Source: a virus. From it: a stretch of 64,000 nt of DNA. Location of the stretch: the IMG/VR virus record IMGVR_UViG_3300048694_001005, positions 1-64,000 of that record, one strand, 5' to 3'. The notes beneath the pieces are model-generated. The model was not told the DNA's origin. It saw only the letters and a program-made list of their open reading frames with translations, and made no database searches. A program made the position numbers and the translations under genes. Shown piece after piece: positions 18,433 through 28,071 of this stretch. Position 1 is the stretch's first letter. Every line of letters begins with the position of its first letter.

Positions 18433-20650
18433 TGGTTACTTCCTCTTGAGTTTCATAATTAAACACAAAACCATCGCAAAAATCAATTGCAATGATACCA
18501 TTTGATTTAAAGTCCCCGAATAACATCTTCTTACTGAGAGGAATTTTAATTTCGGTGTCAATAGTTCTGGCCAAGGGTCTTGCACCCATTTTCTTGTCGT
18601 AACCTTTATCCGCAAGAGCATCAATACAACGCTCAGTACAGCGAACTTTTAGATTACGTGCAGATAAAAGATCGTTCAAATCCTGAACAAATTTATTGAC
18701 CACCCGCTTAATATCCAACCTATTAAGAGAGTTAAATCGTATTACTGCGTCCAAACGATTCCTAAATTCCGGTTTAAAAAAGCTTTTTACTTCTTTATCA
18801 TAACTATCAGTGTTCTCTAACTGAGCAGTAAAGCCCAAATTATTGCGCTCACTGGCTTCTGCACCCAGGTTGCTGGTCATAATAACGATGGTATTTCTGC
18901 AATCCGCTTTTTTACCGTTACTGCTGGTAACAATGCCTTCATCCATGATCTGTAATAGTACATTATATACGTCAGGATGTGCTTTTTCTACTTCGTCAAA
19001 CAGTACAATGCTATGCGGGTTCTTTTCTATCTCGCTTACCAGTAAACCACCGCCCAAATTGCCATCTTCATATCCCACATATCCAGGTGGTGCACCAATC
19101 AATTTTGCAATACTATGCTTTTCCTGGTATTCGCTCATGTCAAACTTTAGCAAACGCATACTGAGATTTTGGCTTAGCAACTTGGCTAGTTCCGTCTTAC
19201 CTACACCAGTTGGCCCAGTAAACAAGAAGCTACCTACAGGCTTACCAATAGTTTTAAGCCCAGCTTTTGCTACGAATATCTTATCTAATACGCGATCCAC
19301 AGCATGATCCTGCCCAAACAAATATTGTTTAATGTTATCTTCCAAATTGACGCTTATACTATCACGTTCGCCTATTAATTGCTCAATAGGAATCTTGGTT
19401 TGTTTACTAACAATTTCCAAAATATTACTTTTGTCAAGTTTGTAGTCAACACCTTTGATTTTAGCTTTAGCACAAGCCATGTCTATAAGGTCAATTGCCT
19501 TATCTGGTAATTTTTTGTCCTGCATGTAGCGTACACTGTATTCTACTGCTGCCTCTATTGCGCTATCTGTAATTTTTCCACCGTGGAATTCTTCATACGC
19601 CGGTCTTAGACCCTGTAATATTTGTTTAGTAGTTTCAACATCAGGTTCATCCACACCCATACGGTAAAATCTACGCATCAATGCGCGATCTTTCTCAAAA
19701 CTAGTAGTATACTCCTCCCATGTGGTACTTGCTATTACTTTGATCTTACCCTTAGCTAAACTGGGCTTAATCATGTTGGCTAGATCAACACTGCTATTAT
19801 TGCCAGACCCAGCACCGCGCATTTGATGTGCTTCATCAATGAACAAAATACAGTTGGCCTTTACTTCCAATGCCATCAATATTTCTTTTAATTTTTCTTC
19901 GAACTCGCCGCGGTATTTGCTGCCAGCTAACAAACTACCAACATCTAAATTGTATACCGAAAACTGTTTTAGATAATCCGGAACATGCCCTTTGTTAATA
20001 GCATGAGCCAGACCCTCCACTACCGCAGTTTTACCTACTCCAGGATCGCCCACTAACAGTACGTTACTTTTAGTTTTGCGAGCCAGTACCTGAATGATCT
20101 CTGTGAGTTCTGAATCGCGACCGATTACGGGATCTATTTTGCCATCTTCACAAAGTTTGCTGAGATTAACACAGTATTCGTCCAATACTAAATCAGCTCG
20201 TGATTTGGTAGTTTCTTTGGTGGTTTTGCTGTAATTTTTATTGAAAAACTTAACTAACTTCACTTTGTCAATGCTGTACTTCTGTATGAAGTAGCTGGCA
20301 TGACTATGAGTTTCCACACTAAGGCTAAGAAATACGTCTAGTGGCAATATTTCACTGCGGCCGCTGAACAAAACCTGTGTCAAAGCACGGTTGAAAACTC
20401 TTTCCAAACTATTCGTACGTTTTGGAGCATCTGTTTTGCCGAATTTTTCTAATCCATCAAGATGCTGCTTAATATCCTGTTCCATGCCCTCAACATCAAC
20501 ACCAAAGTCTCGTAAAAAAGCATTAAATTTCTTTTGCGTAACTAGACTATACAGAATGTGTTCCAGCATTACATATTCATGCTGTTGCTCTTTAGCCAAT
20601 TCTGCAGCTTTGCTAATAATTTTTTCCAGTTCGCTGTTGTAGTTAATCAT
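18401..20650 (-). CDS. clpA: ClpA-like AAA+ unfoldase
   Basis: N-domain, two AAA modules (GDPGVGKT/FIDEAH; GPTGVGKT/FDEVEKAH), LGF loop, no ClpB middle domain. Confidence 0.9.
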   Translation of the reverse strand: MINYNSELEKIISKAAELAKEQQHEYVMLEHILYSLVTQKKFNAFLRDFGVDVEGMEQDIKQHLDGLEKFGKTDAPKRTNSLERVFNRALTQVLFSGRSEILPLDVFLSLSVETHSHASYFIQKYSIDKVKLVKFFNKNYSKTTKETTKSRADLVLDEYCVNLSKLCEDGKIDPVIGRDSELTEIIQVLARKTKSNVLLVGDPGVGKTAVVEGLAHAINKGHVPDYLKQFSVYNLDVGSLLAGSKYRGEFEEKLKEILMALEVKANCILFIDEAHQMRGAGSGNNSSVDLANMIKPSLAKGKIKVIASTTWEEYTTSFEKDRALMRRFYRMGVDEPDVETTKQILQGLRPAYEEFHGGKITDSAIEAAVEYSVRYMQDKKLPDKAIDLIDMACAKAKIKGVDYKLDKSNILEIVSKQTKIPIEQLIGERDSISVNLEDNIKQYLFGQDHAVDRVLDKIFVAKAGLKTIGKPVGSFLFTGPTGVGKTELAKLLSQNLSMRLLKFDMSEYQEKHSIAKLIGAPPGYVGYEDGNLGGGLLVSEIEKNPHSIVLFDEVEKAHPDVYNVLLQIMDEGIVTSSNGKKADCRNTIVIMTSNLGAEASERNNLGFTAQLENTDSYDKEVKSFFKPEFRNRLDAVIRFNSLNRLDIKRVVNKFVQDLNDLLSARNLKVRCTERCIDALADKGYDKKMGARPLARTIDTEIKIPLSKKMLFGDFKSNGIIAIDFCDGFVFNYETQEEVTNEEHSVPETV

Positions 20651-20658
20651 CCTATCTC

Positions 20659-21516
20659 CTAAGAAATGTTTGGTTTGCTGAGGTTATCAATAATACTTAC
20701 ACGTTCGCTATCAGTTACAGCTGGTATGTTAATTTCTGCTACTAGGCATAGATCTCCGCGCTGAGTTCTATTAACCATCATGCCTTGGCCACGTAGTTTG
20801 AATTTGGTAGCCGGCTGTGTTCCAGCAGGTATAGCGATTTTAAATTGCTTGCCGTCAAAACTTGTGAAATAATGGTCGCCGCCAGTCATAGCCTGCCATA
20901 CACCAACTTCTATCCTAGTATGTAGTATATTACCATGTTCAATCCAGTAATTATGTGGCAATACCATTTTAATGTCTAGTATTAAATCACCACGCGGCAA
21001 TCCCTGTACACTGTCATCGCCATAGCCGCCATATCTTACTCTGTAGCCAAAATTAACTGCGGGCGGTATCTCAATGTCCAAAGTAGTTGCTGTACCTGCC
21101 GCAGTTCTATATTGAATAGTTTCTTTTTTACCAGTTAAGCTGTCAAATAATGTAACAGGATGACTGATCACGATGTCCTGATTTTTTCGTGGAGCTCTAT
21201 GTGCACCATTGCCAAAAAAATCTCGCAAATCCTGAAAAGGATCCCCCTGCGCTGGACCAAAAGGACCAAAACCACCAAAGTGAAACCCAAAATTACGTGG
21301 ATCGAAGTTTTGTTGGCTTCCAGTACCGCCCAAGTCGTATTGTTGTTTTTTGGCGGGATCGCTCAGTGTATCATATGCGGTTTGGATTTCTTGAAACACG
21401 GCCGTATCACCGCCTTTGTCGGGATGATGTTTTGAAGCCAATTTTCTATAGGCACGTTTTATTTCATCAGCATTAGCTGACTTTTCTATGCCCAAAATTT
21501 CGTAATAGTTTTTCAT
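20659..21516 (-). CDS. dnaJ: DnaJ-class (type II/CbpA-like) co-chaperone
   Basis: J-domain YYEILG...HHPDKGG, G/F-rich linker, C-terminal domain; no zinc finger. Confidence 0.9.
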   Translation of the reverse strand: MKNYYEILGIEKSANADEIKRAYRKLASKHHPDKGGDTAVFQEIQTAYDTLSDPAKKQQYDLGGTGSQQNFDPRNFGFHFGGFGPFGPAQGDPFQDLRDFFGNGAHRAPRKNQDIVISHPVTLFDSLTGKKETIQYRTAAGTATTLDIEIPPAVNFGYRVRYGGYGDDSVQGLPRGDLILDIKMVLPHNYWIEHGNILHTRIEVGVWQAMTGGDHYFTSFDGKQFKIAIPAGTQPATKFKLRGQGMMVNRTQRGDLCLVAEINIPAVTDSERVSIIDNLSKPNIS

Positions 21517-21540
21517 AGATGACTATGGCAGCACCGTAGT

Positions 21541-21569
21541 ATTATAATACGATGCTGCCATTAAGTCAA
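21541..21569 (-). promoter_or_regulatory. Sigma70 promoter of dnaJ-clpA
   Basis: TTGACT (21569-21564), 17 nt, TATAAT (21546-21541). Confidence 0.8.
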
Positions 21570-21574
21570 ATTAC

Positions 21575-21892
21575 TTATTTTTGGTCTGCGTCTATGTTAT
21601 TGCCGTTTGTTTCCATAGCAGTTTGCTTCTCTTTGCTACGACCATAAGCACTAACACCCAAAATTGCACCAAATGCCAAATGGATAAAACCACCGTTGTC
21701 CAGTGTTAGACTTTTCCACATGTCAATTTGTATGCCCTTCATTTTGAGGTACAGGACTATAGCAGGTGCCAAAATAAAGTCAAAAATATTGATTGCCATA
21801 TAGGTCCAACCCATTGCTGGCCGCCAGAGTTTTTGCATCCAATGTTCTTGTTCTTTTGCCATTTCGTGCTCCTTTTTGTGTTGTACTACCAT
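21575..21892 (-). CDS. Holin-like membrane protein
   Basis: WRPAMGWTY motif, hydrophobic helices, charged C-terminus, adjacent to spanins. Confidence 0.65.
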   Translation of the reverse strand: MVVQHKKEHEMAKEQEHWMQKLWRPAMGWTYMAINIFDFILAPAIVLYLKMKGIQIDMWKSLTLDNGGFIHLAFGAILGVSAYGRSKEKQTAMETNGNNIDADQK

Positions 21893-21893
21893 T

Positions 21894-22289
21894 TTATTTA
21901 GCCGGTGCTATGTCTTTGTCTCGTGGCCGCTCGTAGTATTCTTTGTATTTTTGTATAATTATTCGCTGCGTGTTTATTAAATTACGTATTTCTGCTATAT
22001 CTGTGCTAAGTTCTTCATAGCCGTCGTCAGTCAAAGCAAAAAGTGCCAGATCTGTTTTCTTATCGCCCAAGTCTTTCCATATCGCATCTGCATTAGCTGG
22101 AGTTACAATTAACCATTTAGGTGCCTTTAATCTTAATGGAGCAGGGTCTGCCGCTGCCAAAGGAGTACGCTCTATGGGTTTACAAATAGTTTCAATTGGC
22201 TGCACAGGTTCGTGTTTACCAAATCCAAAAGTCATACAGCCTGACAATGCCAGTGTACTAAAAATCAATATAAGTTTATTTTGCCACAT
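21894..22289 (-). CDS. o-spanin (Rz1-like) lipoprotein
   Basis: Signal peptide with lipobox LSGC; overlaps the i-spanin gene. Confidence 0.7.
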   Translation of the reverse strand: MWQNKLILIFSTLALSGCMTFGFGKHEPVQPIETICKPIERTPLAAADPAPLRLKAPKWLIVTPANADAIWKDLGDKKTDLALFALTDDGYEELSTDIAEIRNLINTQRIIIQKYKEYYERPRDKDIAPAK

Positions 22290-22767
22290 AATTAGGATTC
22301 GCTATACTAGGACATTCTGTGTTTATTTCACTACGTTGAGTTGCCTTTAATTCCTTGTCGGTTAGTGGGCTACCACTTGCGATTTCAAGACATCGTGTTG
22401 CATTTGCTGTACCGCGATTAACAGACTGTTCTATCTTGCCAGGATTTTTTGCCGCTAAGTCTCCAAAATTCCTCGCATTACCCTTGCTATCCTGTTTAAA
22501 TCTATCTTGTAAATTAGCCAAGTCTTTATTTTGTAATTGAATTTGAGTGTTTAGAGTGGCATTAATATCTAATATTTTCTTTTGATCGTCTTGTAATTGT
22601 TTAATTGTGGCTTTTTGATCTTCTATACCTTTTTCTAACTTCTTTGCATTTTCTGCGCTAATTGCCAAATCCGCCTTAATGTCCATTAAGCCGTTTAGGG
22701 CATAGCCGCCCACAAGGATAACTATTGCAATAACTATAATTTTTATCATACTTGCGTATGCGCCCAT
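22276..22767 (-). CDS. i-spanin (Rz-like)
   Basis: N-terminal TM helix followed by a long coiled coil; C-terminal Cys pair. Confidence 0.7.
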   Translation of the reverse strand: MGAYASMIKIIVIAIVILVGGYALNGLMDIKADLAISAENAKKLEKGIEDQKATIKQLQDDQKKILDINATLNTQIQLQNKDLANLQDRFKQDSKGNARNFGDLAAKNPGKIEQSVNRGTANATRCLEIASGSPLTDKELKATQRSEINTECPSIANPNYVAK

Positions 22768-22768
22768 G

Positions 22769-23314
22769 TTATTTTATACCTGCTGCTACTCGCAAGCTTT
22801 CTGTATAATCATTTTTGGGAGCCTTCTTATGTGTCTTTACACCAGCCGCCGCTTTGAGCTCTTCTATTTCCTGGTCGCCATACTTTTCCTTGTAGGCTTT
22901 GGGGGTTAGTGGAATTCTTAAGCTAAGGTTGTTAAAATCACAGGGAGTATATTTGCCTTCTTTGGCATAACTAAAAGCATAATTTTCAACCTCAACATTA
23001 ACTAGGTTGTCCAACTCTTTTAGCATTTTCATAATATTTGCCACAGCAGATGCAGAACGTTCTATTTCTACGAATACTAGGTATTCACCATCGTCCAGTT
23101 CACCACTGCTTACATCTGCATCTAGTACAAAAGAGTAAGCTTTTTCAATAAAATCTACCAAATCTTCACTGGGCTCACGACCAGTTACCTTAAAGCTGAC
23201 CACGATGATGTCGCTGTCATCGCCCATTTTGCTTTTGAATTCATCAATGTGAATTTTCTTGCTAACTAAACCGTCAAGATCGTGTTTGCGTAAACTTTCA
23301 TTTAGCATTGTCAT
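22769..23314 (-). CDS. Hypothetical protein
   Basis: ORF track; C-terminal ELKAAAGV and ESLRVAAGI motifs. Confidence 0.6.
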   Translation of the reverse strand: MTMLNESLRKHDLDGLVSKKIHIDEFKSKMGDDSDIIVVSFKVTGREPSEDLVDFIEKAYSFVLDADVSSGELDDGEYLVFVEIERSASAVANIMKMLKELDNLVNVEVENYAFSYAKEGKYTPCDFNNLSLRIPLTPKAYKEKYGDQEIEELKAAAGVKTHKKAPKNDYTESLRVAAGIK

Positions 23315-23326
23315 ATCAATAATCCA

Positions 23327-23929
23327 TTAAACCGGAGGACCGGGTGGCATTGGTGCTCCCGGGGCTGCGCCAGGTGCTGCGCCTGGCTGTGTTCCTGGGG
23401 CAGGAGGCATACCTGTTGCTCCGGGCTGTTGCCCTTCCATTGCTCCACCCTGTTCTAATTCGTTTTCGTATGCTTTTTCTACATCGCTGAGATCTACTTC
23501 GTCACCTTCAATATCTAAACTACCGCGCTTGATGTCAGACATCAAACTTTTAGGTATCGTTATCTCAACCAACCACACGGGAACCAAGCGCATACGTGGG
23601 TATTTGGTTCCTGGCTTGAAATCGTCCGGGGTTTTTACTTCCACGGCTTGCTCTAATTTGCTTTTTTGGAATGTAACTTTGCAGCCATAGTCTAATAGCT
23701 TTGCTGCGCCAGCAGGATCTGGCATGTGTTTAAGCGGCCACATAAACTTACATCTAACCCAATATTTTTCCACCTCTGGACCAGCTACTAATTCGCCAGA
23801 AATCCAGTTCTCAAAAACATATAGGTTGAGTCCATCCAAAACACGCTCATAGTCCATTAGCTGCTCTAGCAGAGTGTCACTCAATGATATTTCTTTAGTG
23901 TTTTGTATGATATCTTTTATTAGGCTCAT
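23327..23929 (-). CDS. Hypothetical protein with Pro/Gly-rich tail
   Basis: ORF track; late box at 23935-23941. Confidence 0.65.
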   Translation of the reverse strand: MSLIKDIIQNTKEISLSDTLLEQLMDYERVLDGLNLYVFENWISGELVAGPEVEKYWVRCKFMWPLKHMPDPAGAAKLLDYGCKVTFQKSKLEQAVEVKTPDDFKPGTKYPRMRLVPVWLVEITIPKSLMSDIKRGSLDIEGDEVDLSDVEKAYENELEQGGAMEGQQPGATGMPPAPGTQPGAAPGAAPGAPMPPGPPV

Positions 23930-24077
23930 AATTTTATTTATGCAGAGGTAAGTTCGGCCACAAACTCGAATATCTGTCTAAGCCTAATATTTATACCATA
24001 ATTTTTGTCGTATAGTGCCATTGTTTTGAGCAAAATAGCAGGTTAAATATTCCTGTAGTTACTATAGGAGGTATCAA

Positions 24078-24806
24078 TTGAGCAGAGCTAAACGCAAGGC
24101 CTTGAAATTAGCAACAGATAACACGATTCATTTTAACGACTTTGTAGCACAACGAAAAACAGTAGCATTAATACCCAAAACCATAAATCAAGAAACATAC
24201 ATTGAATTACTTACCGACGACTCTAAACCCATAATTTACGCTAGTGGCCCAGCAGGAACGGGCAAAACCATGCTGGCTGTTATGGCAGGAGTAAAAGCCT
24301 ATAAGGAAGGGAGGGTGGAAAAACTTATACTAACTAGGCCCGCGGTGGGAGTGGAGGATGAGAAACACGGGTTTTTGCCCGGAGACTTGGTAAGCAAAAT
24401 GGAACCCTGGACTCGACCTATTCTAGATGTAATGCTAGAATATTACAGTCCCAAAGAAATCACTAGAATGATAGACGAACAACGTATAGAGATATCTCCC
24501 CTAGCTTTCATGCGTGGCCGCAATTTCAAGCGGTGCTGGATTATTGCAGACGAAATGCAAAATGCCACACCTTCTCAATTGAAGATGTTGCTGACCCGCT
24601 TAGGTGATGGTTCTAAAATTGTGATTACAGGCGATTTAAATCAAACTGACAAGCGAGCAGCGGAAAACGGACTGCTGAATTTCCTAAAACTACTTAGCGA
24701 ACACGGTGCGGCAAACTATATTGCAGGCATTCAGTTCAACAGTAGGGACATTCAACGCCACCCTGCCGTAAAGGAAATACTAGCGATTTACAAAGAACTA
24801 GTCTAA
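24078..24806 (+). CDS. phoH: PhoH-family ATPase
   Basis: GPAGTGKT, LTRPAV, GFLPG, FMRGR, DEMQN, LTRLG, GDLNQ; TTG start with AGGAGG SD. Confidence 0.93.
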   Translation: MSRAKRKALKLATDNTIHFNDFVAQRKTVALIPKTINQETYIELLTDDSKPIIYASGPAGTGKTMLAVMAGVKAYKEGRVEKLILTRPAVGVEDEKHGFLPGDLVSKMEPWTRPILDVMLEYYSPKEITRMIDEQRIEISPLAFMRGRNFKRCWIIADEMQNATPSQLKMLLTRLGDGSKIVITGDLNQTDKRAAENGLLNFLKLLSEHGAANYIAGIQFNSRDIQRHPAVKEILAIYKELV

Positions 24807-25523
24807 AATTTTAACATGGCTTAAGCTAGTCATTGCATAGCTGGGTTCGCCGGGCCTTGCGTTTACGCCCAACTGTTTAATTCTTCCGCGTATACGATAT
24901 TGCTTGTTTTGTTCCCAGTTATGCTGACTACCAAAAAACACGACATTATTGTCGCTTGTATAGGCTTTTACATAATACCGCTGCCAGTTTTGGCTAAACA
25001 CGGTATTGAAAACTGTGACTTCCAATTCTAACTTGGTGTTAATTTTACCCAAGTATGTGCTAACCATGAAGTCCTGTTGTTTTTCCTGTTTGAGTGTGCG
25101 CTCATCTAATCCTGCTGCAATTTTGGGCAAGTATACTAACATGCCCACGCGCATAATTAGATTAGCATCTGTGAATTTGTCACGATCCTCAACTAACTTA
25201 GCCAAGTCTATAAAAAATTTAGCCATGGGCTGGCTGCTGAGCAGCGCCATCACATAACTTTGGCTGATGAGATTAATGATGCGCTCTGCTTCCGCATACG
25301 TCTCATCATTTACTTCCAGCTCAAAAGGACCCGGGCTAATGCCAAATTTAATTTTACTTTCTGGGAATTTATTTTTAAGGTAGCTCAGCACAAGTGATTT
25401 ATTACTCCACTGGTGCACTGGTTTTTTTGGGTCACTGTAATTCATGCCATCACTAGCAATGACTTGCTGTTGTGAGGCTCTGTAAGCTGCGATACTAGCT
25501 GCTGCAACGTCAACAAATTTCAT
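24798..25523 (-). CDS. Hypothetical early protein
   Basis: ORF track; consensus sigma70 promoter upstream. Confidence 0.65.
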   Translation of the reverse strand: MKFVDVAAASIAAYRASQQQVIASDGMNYSDPKKPVHQWSNKSLVLSYLKNKFPESKIKFGISPGPFELEVNDETYAEAERIINLISQSYVMALLSSQPMAKFFIDLAKLVEDRDKFTDANLIMRVGMLVYLPKIAAGLDERTLKQEKQQDFMVSTYLGKINTKLELEVTVFNTVFSQNWQRYYVKAYTSDNNVVFFGSQHNWEQNKQYRIRGRIKQLGVNARPGEPSYAMTSLSHVKILD

Positions 25524-25546
25524 GTCAACACCATAAGTAAAAGCAT

Positions 25547-25575
25547 ATTATAGTGCTTCTACTTATGATTGTCAA
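25547..25575 (-). promoter_or_regulatory. Consensus sigma70 promoter
   Basis: TTGACA (25575-25570), 17 nt, TATAAT (25552-25547). Confidence 0.85.
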
Positions 25576-25595
25576 CCAAAACTATACTTTACTAA

Positions 25596-25952
25596 TCAAG
25601 CAGTTACAGCAGGATCTGACTTGGGCTCTGCCTCAGCTTGTGCCGTAACTTCAACCGTGGGCTGTAGAGAATCAATGTGTTGAAAATACTGCGGGTAGTT
25701 ATTTTTAAAATACCTATGCAGCTCATCGTAACTGGGATTATCATCACGCATGTTACACTTTTCTACCTTTTGCTCGGTGAGGTTTAGAATGATATTTGCC
25801 TGCTGTTGGTCTCTACGTTTGATGGTACGTGCAATTTCCACGCTTTCATTAAATGCCCAATTTGATTGGTCTTTGCCAAAATCTTTTTGGCTAGTCATCT
25901 TGGGATAACGCGGCACCTTGTAGTATGTTGCTACCAAATACAATTTTTTCAT
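25596..25952 (-). CDS. Hypothetical protein
   Basis: ORF track. Confidence 0.6.
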   Translation of the reverse strand: MKKLYLVATYYKVPRYPKMTSQKDFGKDQSNWAFNESVEIARTIKRRDQQQANIILNLTEQKVEKCNMRDDNPSYDELHRYFKNNYPQYFQHIDSLQPTVEVTAQAEAEPKSDPAVTA

Positions 25953-25953
25953 A

Positions 25954-26877
25954 TTAGTCCTTAATAGTGATTAATTCCAAAAGTGTTGCACTTAAATTGA
26001 TCTCGGGATCAAAGGCCAGGGCATGATTAACAATGCCATTCCTAATAATCAGAATTGCTTCGTCTTGTCCTTTGGTGCTTTGACTCCACAAACTTAAATT
26101 ACTATAACACCATCTATAAAATTCTTCAATCTCATCCAACCGAACTTGACTGACAATTAATTCTCGGGCGGCACGTATCTCTCCCTGTTTCATCAAAGTA
26201 ACTGCCTCTAGTTTGTAGTCACGAGAATCTGCTGCGGCTACATCTGGTGTAGTAAGCTTACCTGTTGCCGAATTCAACTGTAAAGTGTTTAGGCATTTAC
26301 GAAGATCTGGATAAGTGGCTTTAACAAACGTATCCAGCAGGTCGATATCAAATTCAATGGATTCGTTTAATAGAATCTGTGCTACACGCGCAGTGAATTC
26401 GGTTTCGTCTAGTTTATCTATGTGGAAACCCTGAGTTCTGCTATGTAGCGCGGGCATGATCTTATTAGGGTAATTGCAAGTCATAATAAAGCGGCTGCTG
26501 CTACTGTACGTTTCCATTAATCCACGCAATACAGCCTGTGCATTAGGACTTAAATAGTCTGCTTCGTCCAGTAACACTACTTTATAGTCGCCAAAAGGCA
26601 TAGTACCCACAAAGGTTTCAATGCGATTACGTATAAAATCCACACCATTGTCGCGGCTAGCATTAATTTGCAAGGTATCAGGATCCTGTACTTCCAAGCT
26701 ATTCAGCAATATCTTTGCTAGGGTAGTTTTACCTGTGCCGGGACTGCCACTGAACAATAAGTGCGGGATAGTTTTTTCTTTGATCCAGCTTGCTACTTGT
26801 GCTCGCTGCGTATTATTAGTAAAGACATAATCATCAACTGTCTTTGGTCTATACTTCTCTGCCCAGAGTTCACGCAT
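25954..26877 (-). CDS. gp44: Clamp loader AAA+ subunit (gp44/RFC small)
   Basis: LWAEKYRP, GSPGTGKT, NAS, LDEAD, SRT (SRC motif). Confidence 0.93.
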   Translation of the reverse strand: MRELWAEKYRPKTVDDYVFTNNTQRAQVASWIKEKTIPHLLFSGSPGTGKTTLAKILLNSLEVQDPDTLQINASRDNGVDFIRNRIETFVGTMPFGDYKVVLLDEADYLSPNAQAVLRGLMETYSSSSRFIMTCNYPNKIMPALHSRTQGFHIDKLDETEFTARVAQILLNESIEFDIDLLDTFVKATYPDLRKCLNTLQLNSATGKLTTPDVAAADSRDYKLEAVTLMKQGEIRAARELIVSQVRLDEIEEFYRWCYSNLSLWSQSTKGQDEAILIIRNGIVNHALAFDPEINLSATLLELITIKD

Positions 26878-26915
26878 ATTTCAGTTCCTTTAATTGAATA
26901 GAACTTAATATAGCA

Positions 26916-27254
26916 TTAATCTGCAAACGTGTCATCCTGCGGTTGCTCATCTGATACTAAAAGTACATCGTTATTGTCAACACGACGTATAGTTAGCTCA
27001 GTACCATCCCGTTGCTCAATTTTAACACCACGAGTCCAACGACCATGCGCAACACAAACCCATTGTCCAACCGAAATTTCAGTTTGCTCAGGGCCAATTG
27101 CATACACCTGAGCCCAACGTGGCCTAATACCTGTCGTTTTCATGTCATCGCTGGGGATAAAGATTCCGCCGCTGCTGATTCGCTCACGGAAATTCATTTC
27201 ACTTACAATGATGTGATCTCTCAATGCTCTGACTTTATTTACTTTAATAGCCAT
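26916..27254 (-). CDS. groES: GroES/Cpn10-like co-chaperonin
   Basis: ALRDHIIV, SSGGIFIP, VYAIGP, VGQWV pattern. Confidence 0.8.
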   Translation of the reverse strand: MAIKVNKVRALRDHIIVSEMNFRERISSGGIFIPSDDMKTTGIRPRWAQVYAIGPEQTEISVGQWVCVAHGRWTRGVKIEQRDGTELTIRRVDNNDVLLVSDEQPQDDTFAD

Positions 27255-27499
27255 TATGCCCTCTCATTACCTTCTGGATCCTGATCATCAATGTTTGGTG
27301 ACTGCGGTACCATGGTATGAAGTTTATAAGCTTCCTTCATGACTTCATTGCGTGTTTTCACTACCTTACCGCCCGGGCCCAATTGATCACCACGCGCATT
27401 AACGTTCATATTTCCTACTGCAATTACTTCTGCATTGGTATGCTGAATAGCATCAATATCTACTATTTTTCCCATTGCTGTTCTGTAAGTTTTAGCCAT
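27254..27499 (-). CDS. Hypothetical protein
   Basis: ORF track; SD GGAG; translationally coupled to groES. Confidence 0.65.
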   Translation of the reverse strand: MAKTYRTAMGKIVDIDAIQHTNAEVIAVGNMNVNARGDQLGPGGKVVKTRNEVMKEAYKLHTMVPQSPNIDDQDPEGNERA

Positions 27500-27522
27500 A
27501 GTTATCTCCTTGTGTTTACTAC

Positions 27523-28071
27523 TTATCGCAAAAATTCTCGCCAGTCTAAATTATGTTTCAAACTATCAATTTTATGAATACCAATTTTGTAAAGTACATA
27601 GCTGGCCACGCTGCTACCTCGCCCTACGCCCCAGACTATTTTGTGTTTACGCATGGTGTCTACCAAATACTTCATATATCGCAAAAGTGGATATAGATCT
27701 CTAGCTGCGTATTGTTCTAATTCTTCTACTATTCGACGTCGCTCAGTGTCATTTTTACATTGTAACCAAAGCCATTTTTCAATATCATAATGCTGATACT
27801 GATCTGGCATGAACCATTTGCCTTGGTTTTCTTTATCACGTATTGGCGTTACATTTACTGGTATATTGTCATGTTTGATTTTTGGAGTACCTTCTAAATA
27901 TAATGATCGCACCGCATTGTTAAATCTATCAACATTTTCGGCGTCATTAAATACCAATTCGTCCAAGGGTAAAGCTGGATTTTTGTAGAGCTCGTCTACA
28001 ATTTCATCCTCGTCAAAACTAGGGTAACCTGCTGGGTCCAGTCGCATAACACATAATTTACTTGATATCAA
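27523..28071 (-). CDS. Stand-alone fragment of DNA polymerase III alpha (DnaE)
   Basis: WGVGRGSSVASYVLYKIGIHKID matches the DnaE GRGS motif; the ORF ends before the catalytic PDxDxD. Confidence 0.7.
   Translation of the reverse strand: MISSKLCVMRLDPAGYPSFDEDEIVDELYKNPALPLDELVFNDAENVDRFNNAVRSLYLEGTPKIKHDNIPVNVTPIRDKENQGKWFMPDQYQHYDIEKWLWLQCKNDTERRRIVEELEQYAARDLYPLLRYMKYLVDTMRKHKIVWGVGRGSSVASYVLYKIGIHKIDSLKHNLDWREFLR

Noticed and set aside
21525-21561. CIRCE/HrcA operator upstream of dnaJ
   Set aside because: The sequence does not match TTAGCACTC-N9-GAGTGCTAA.
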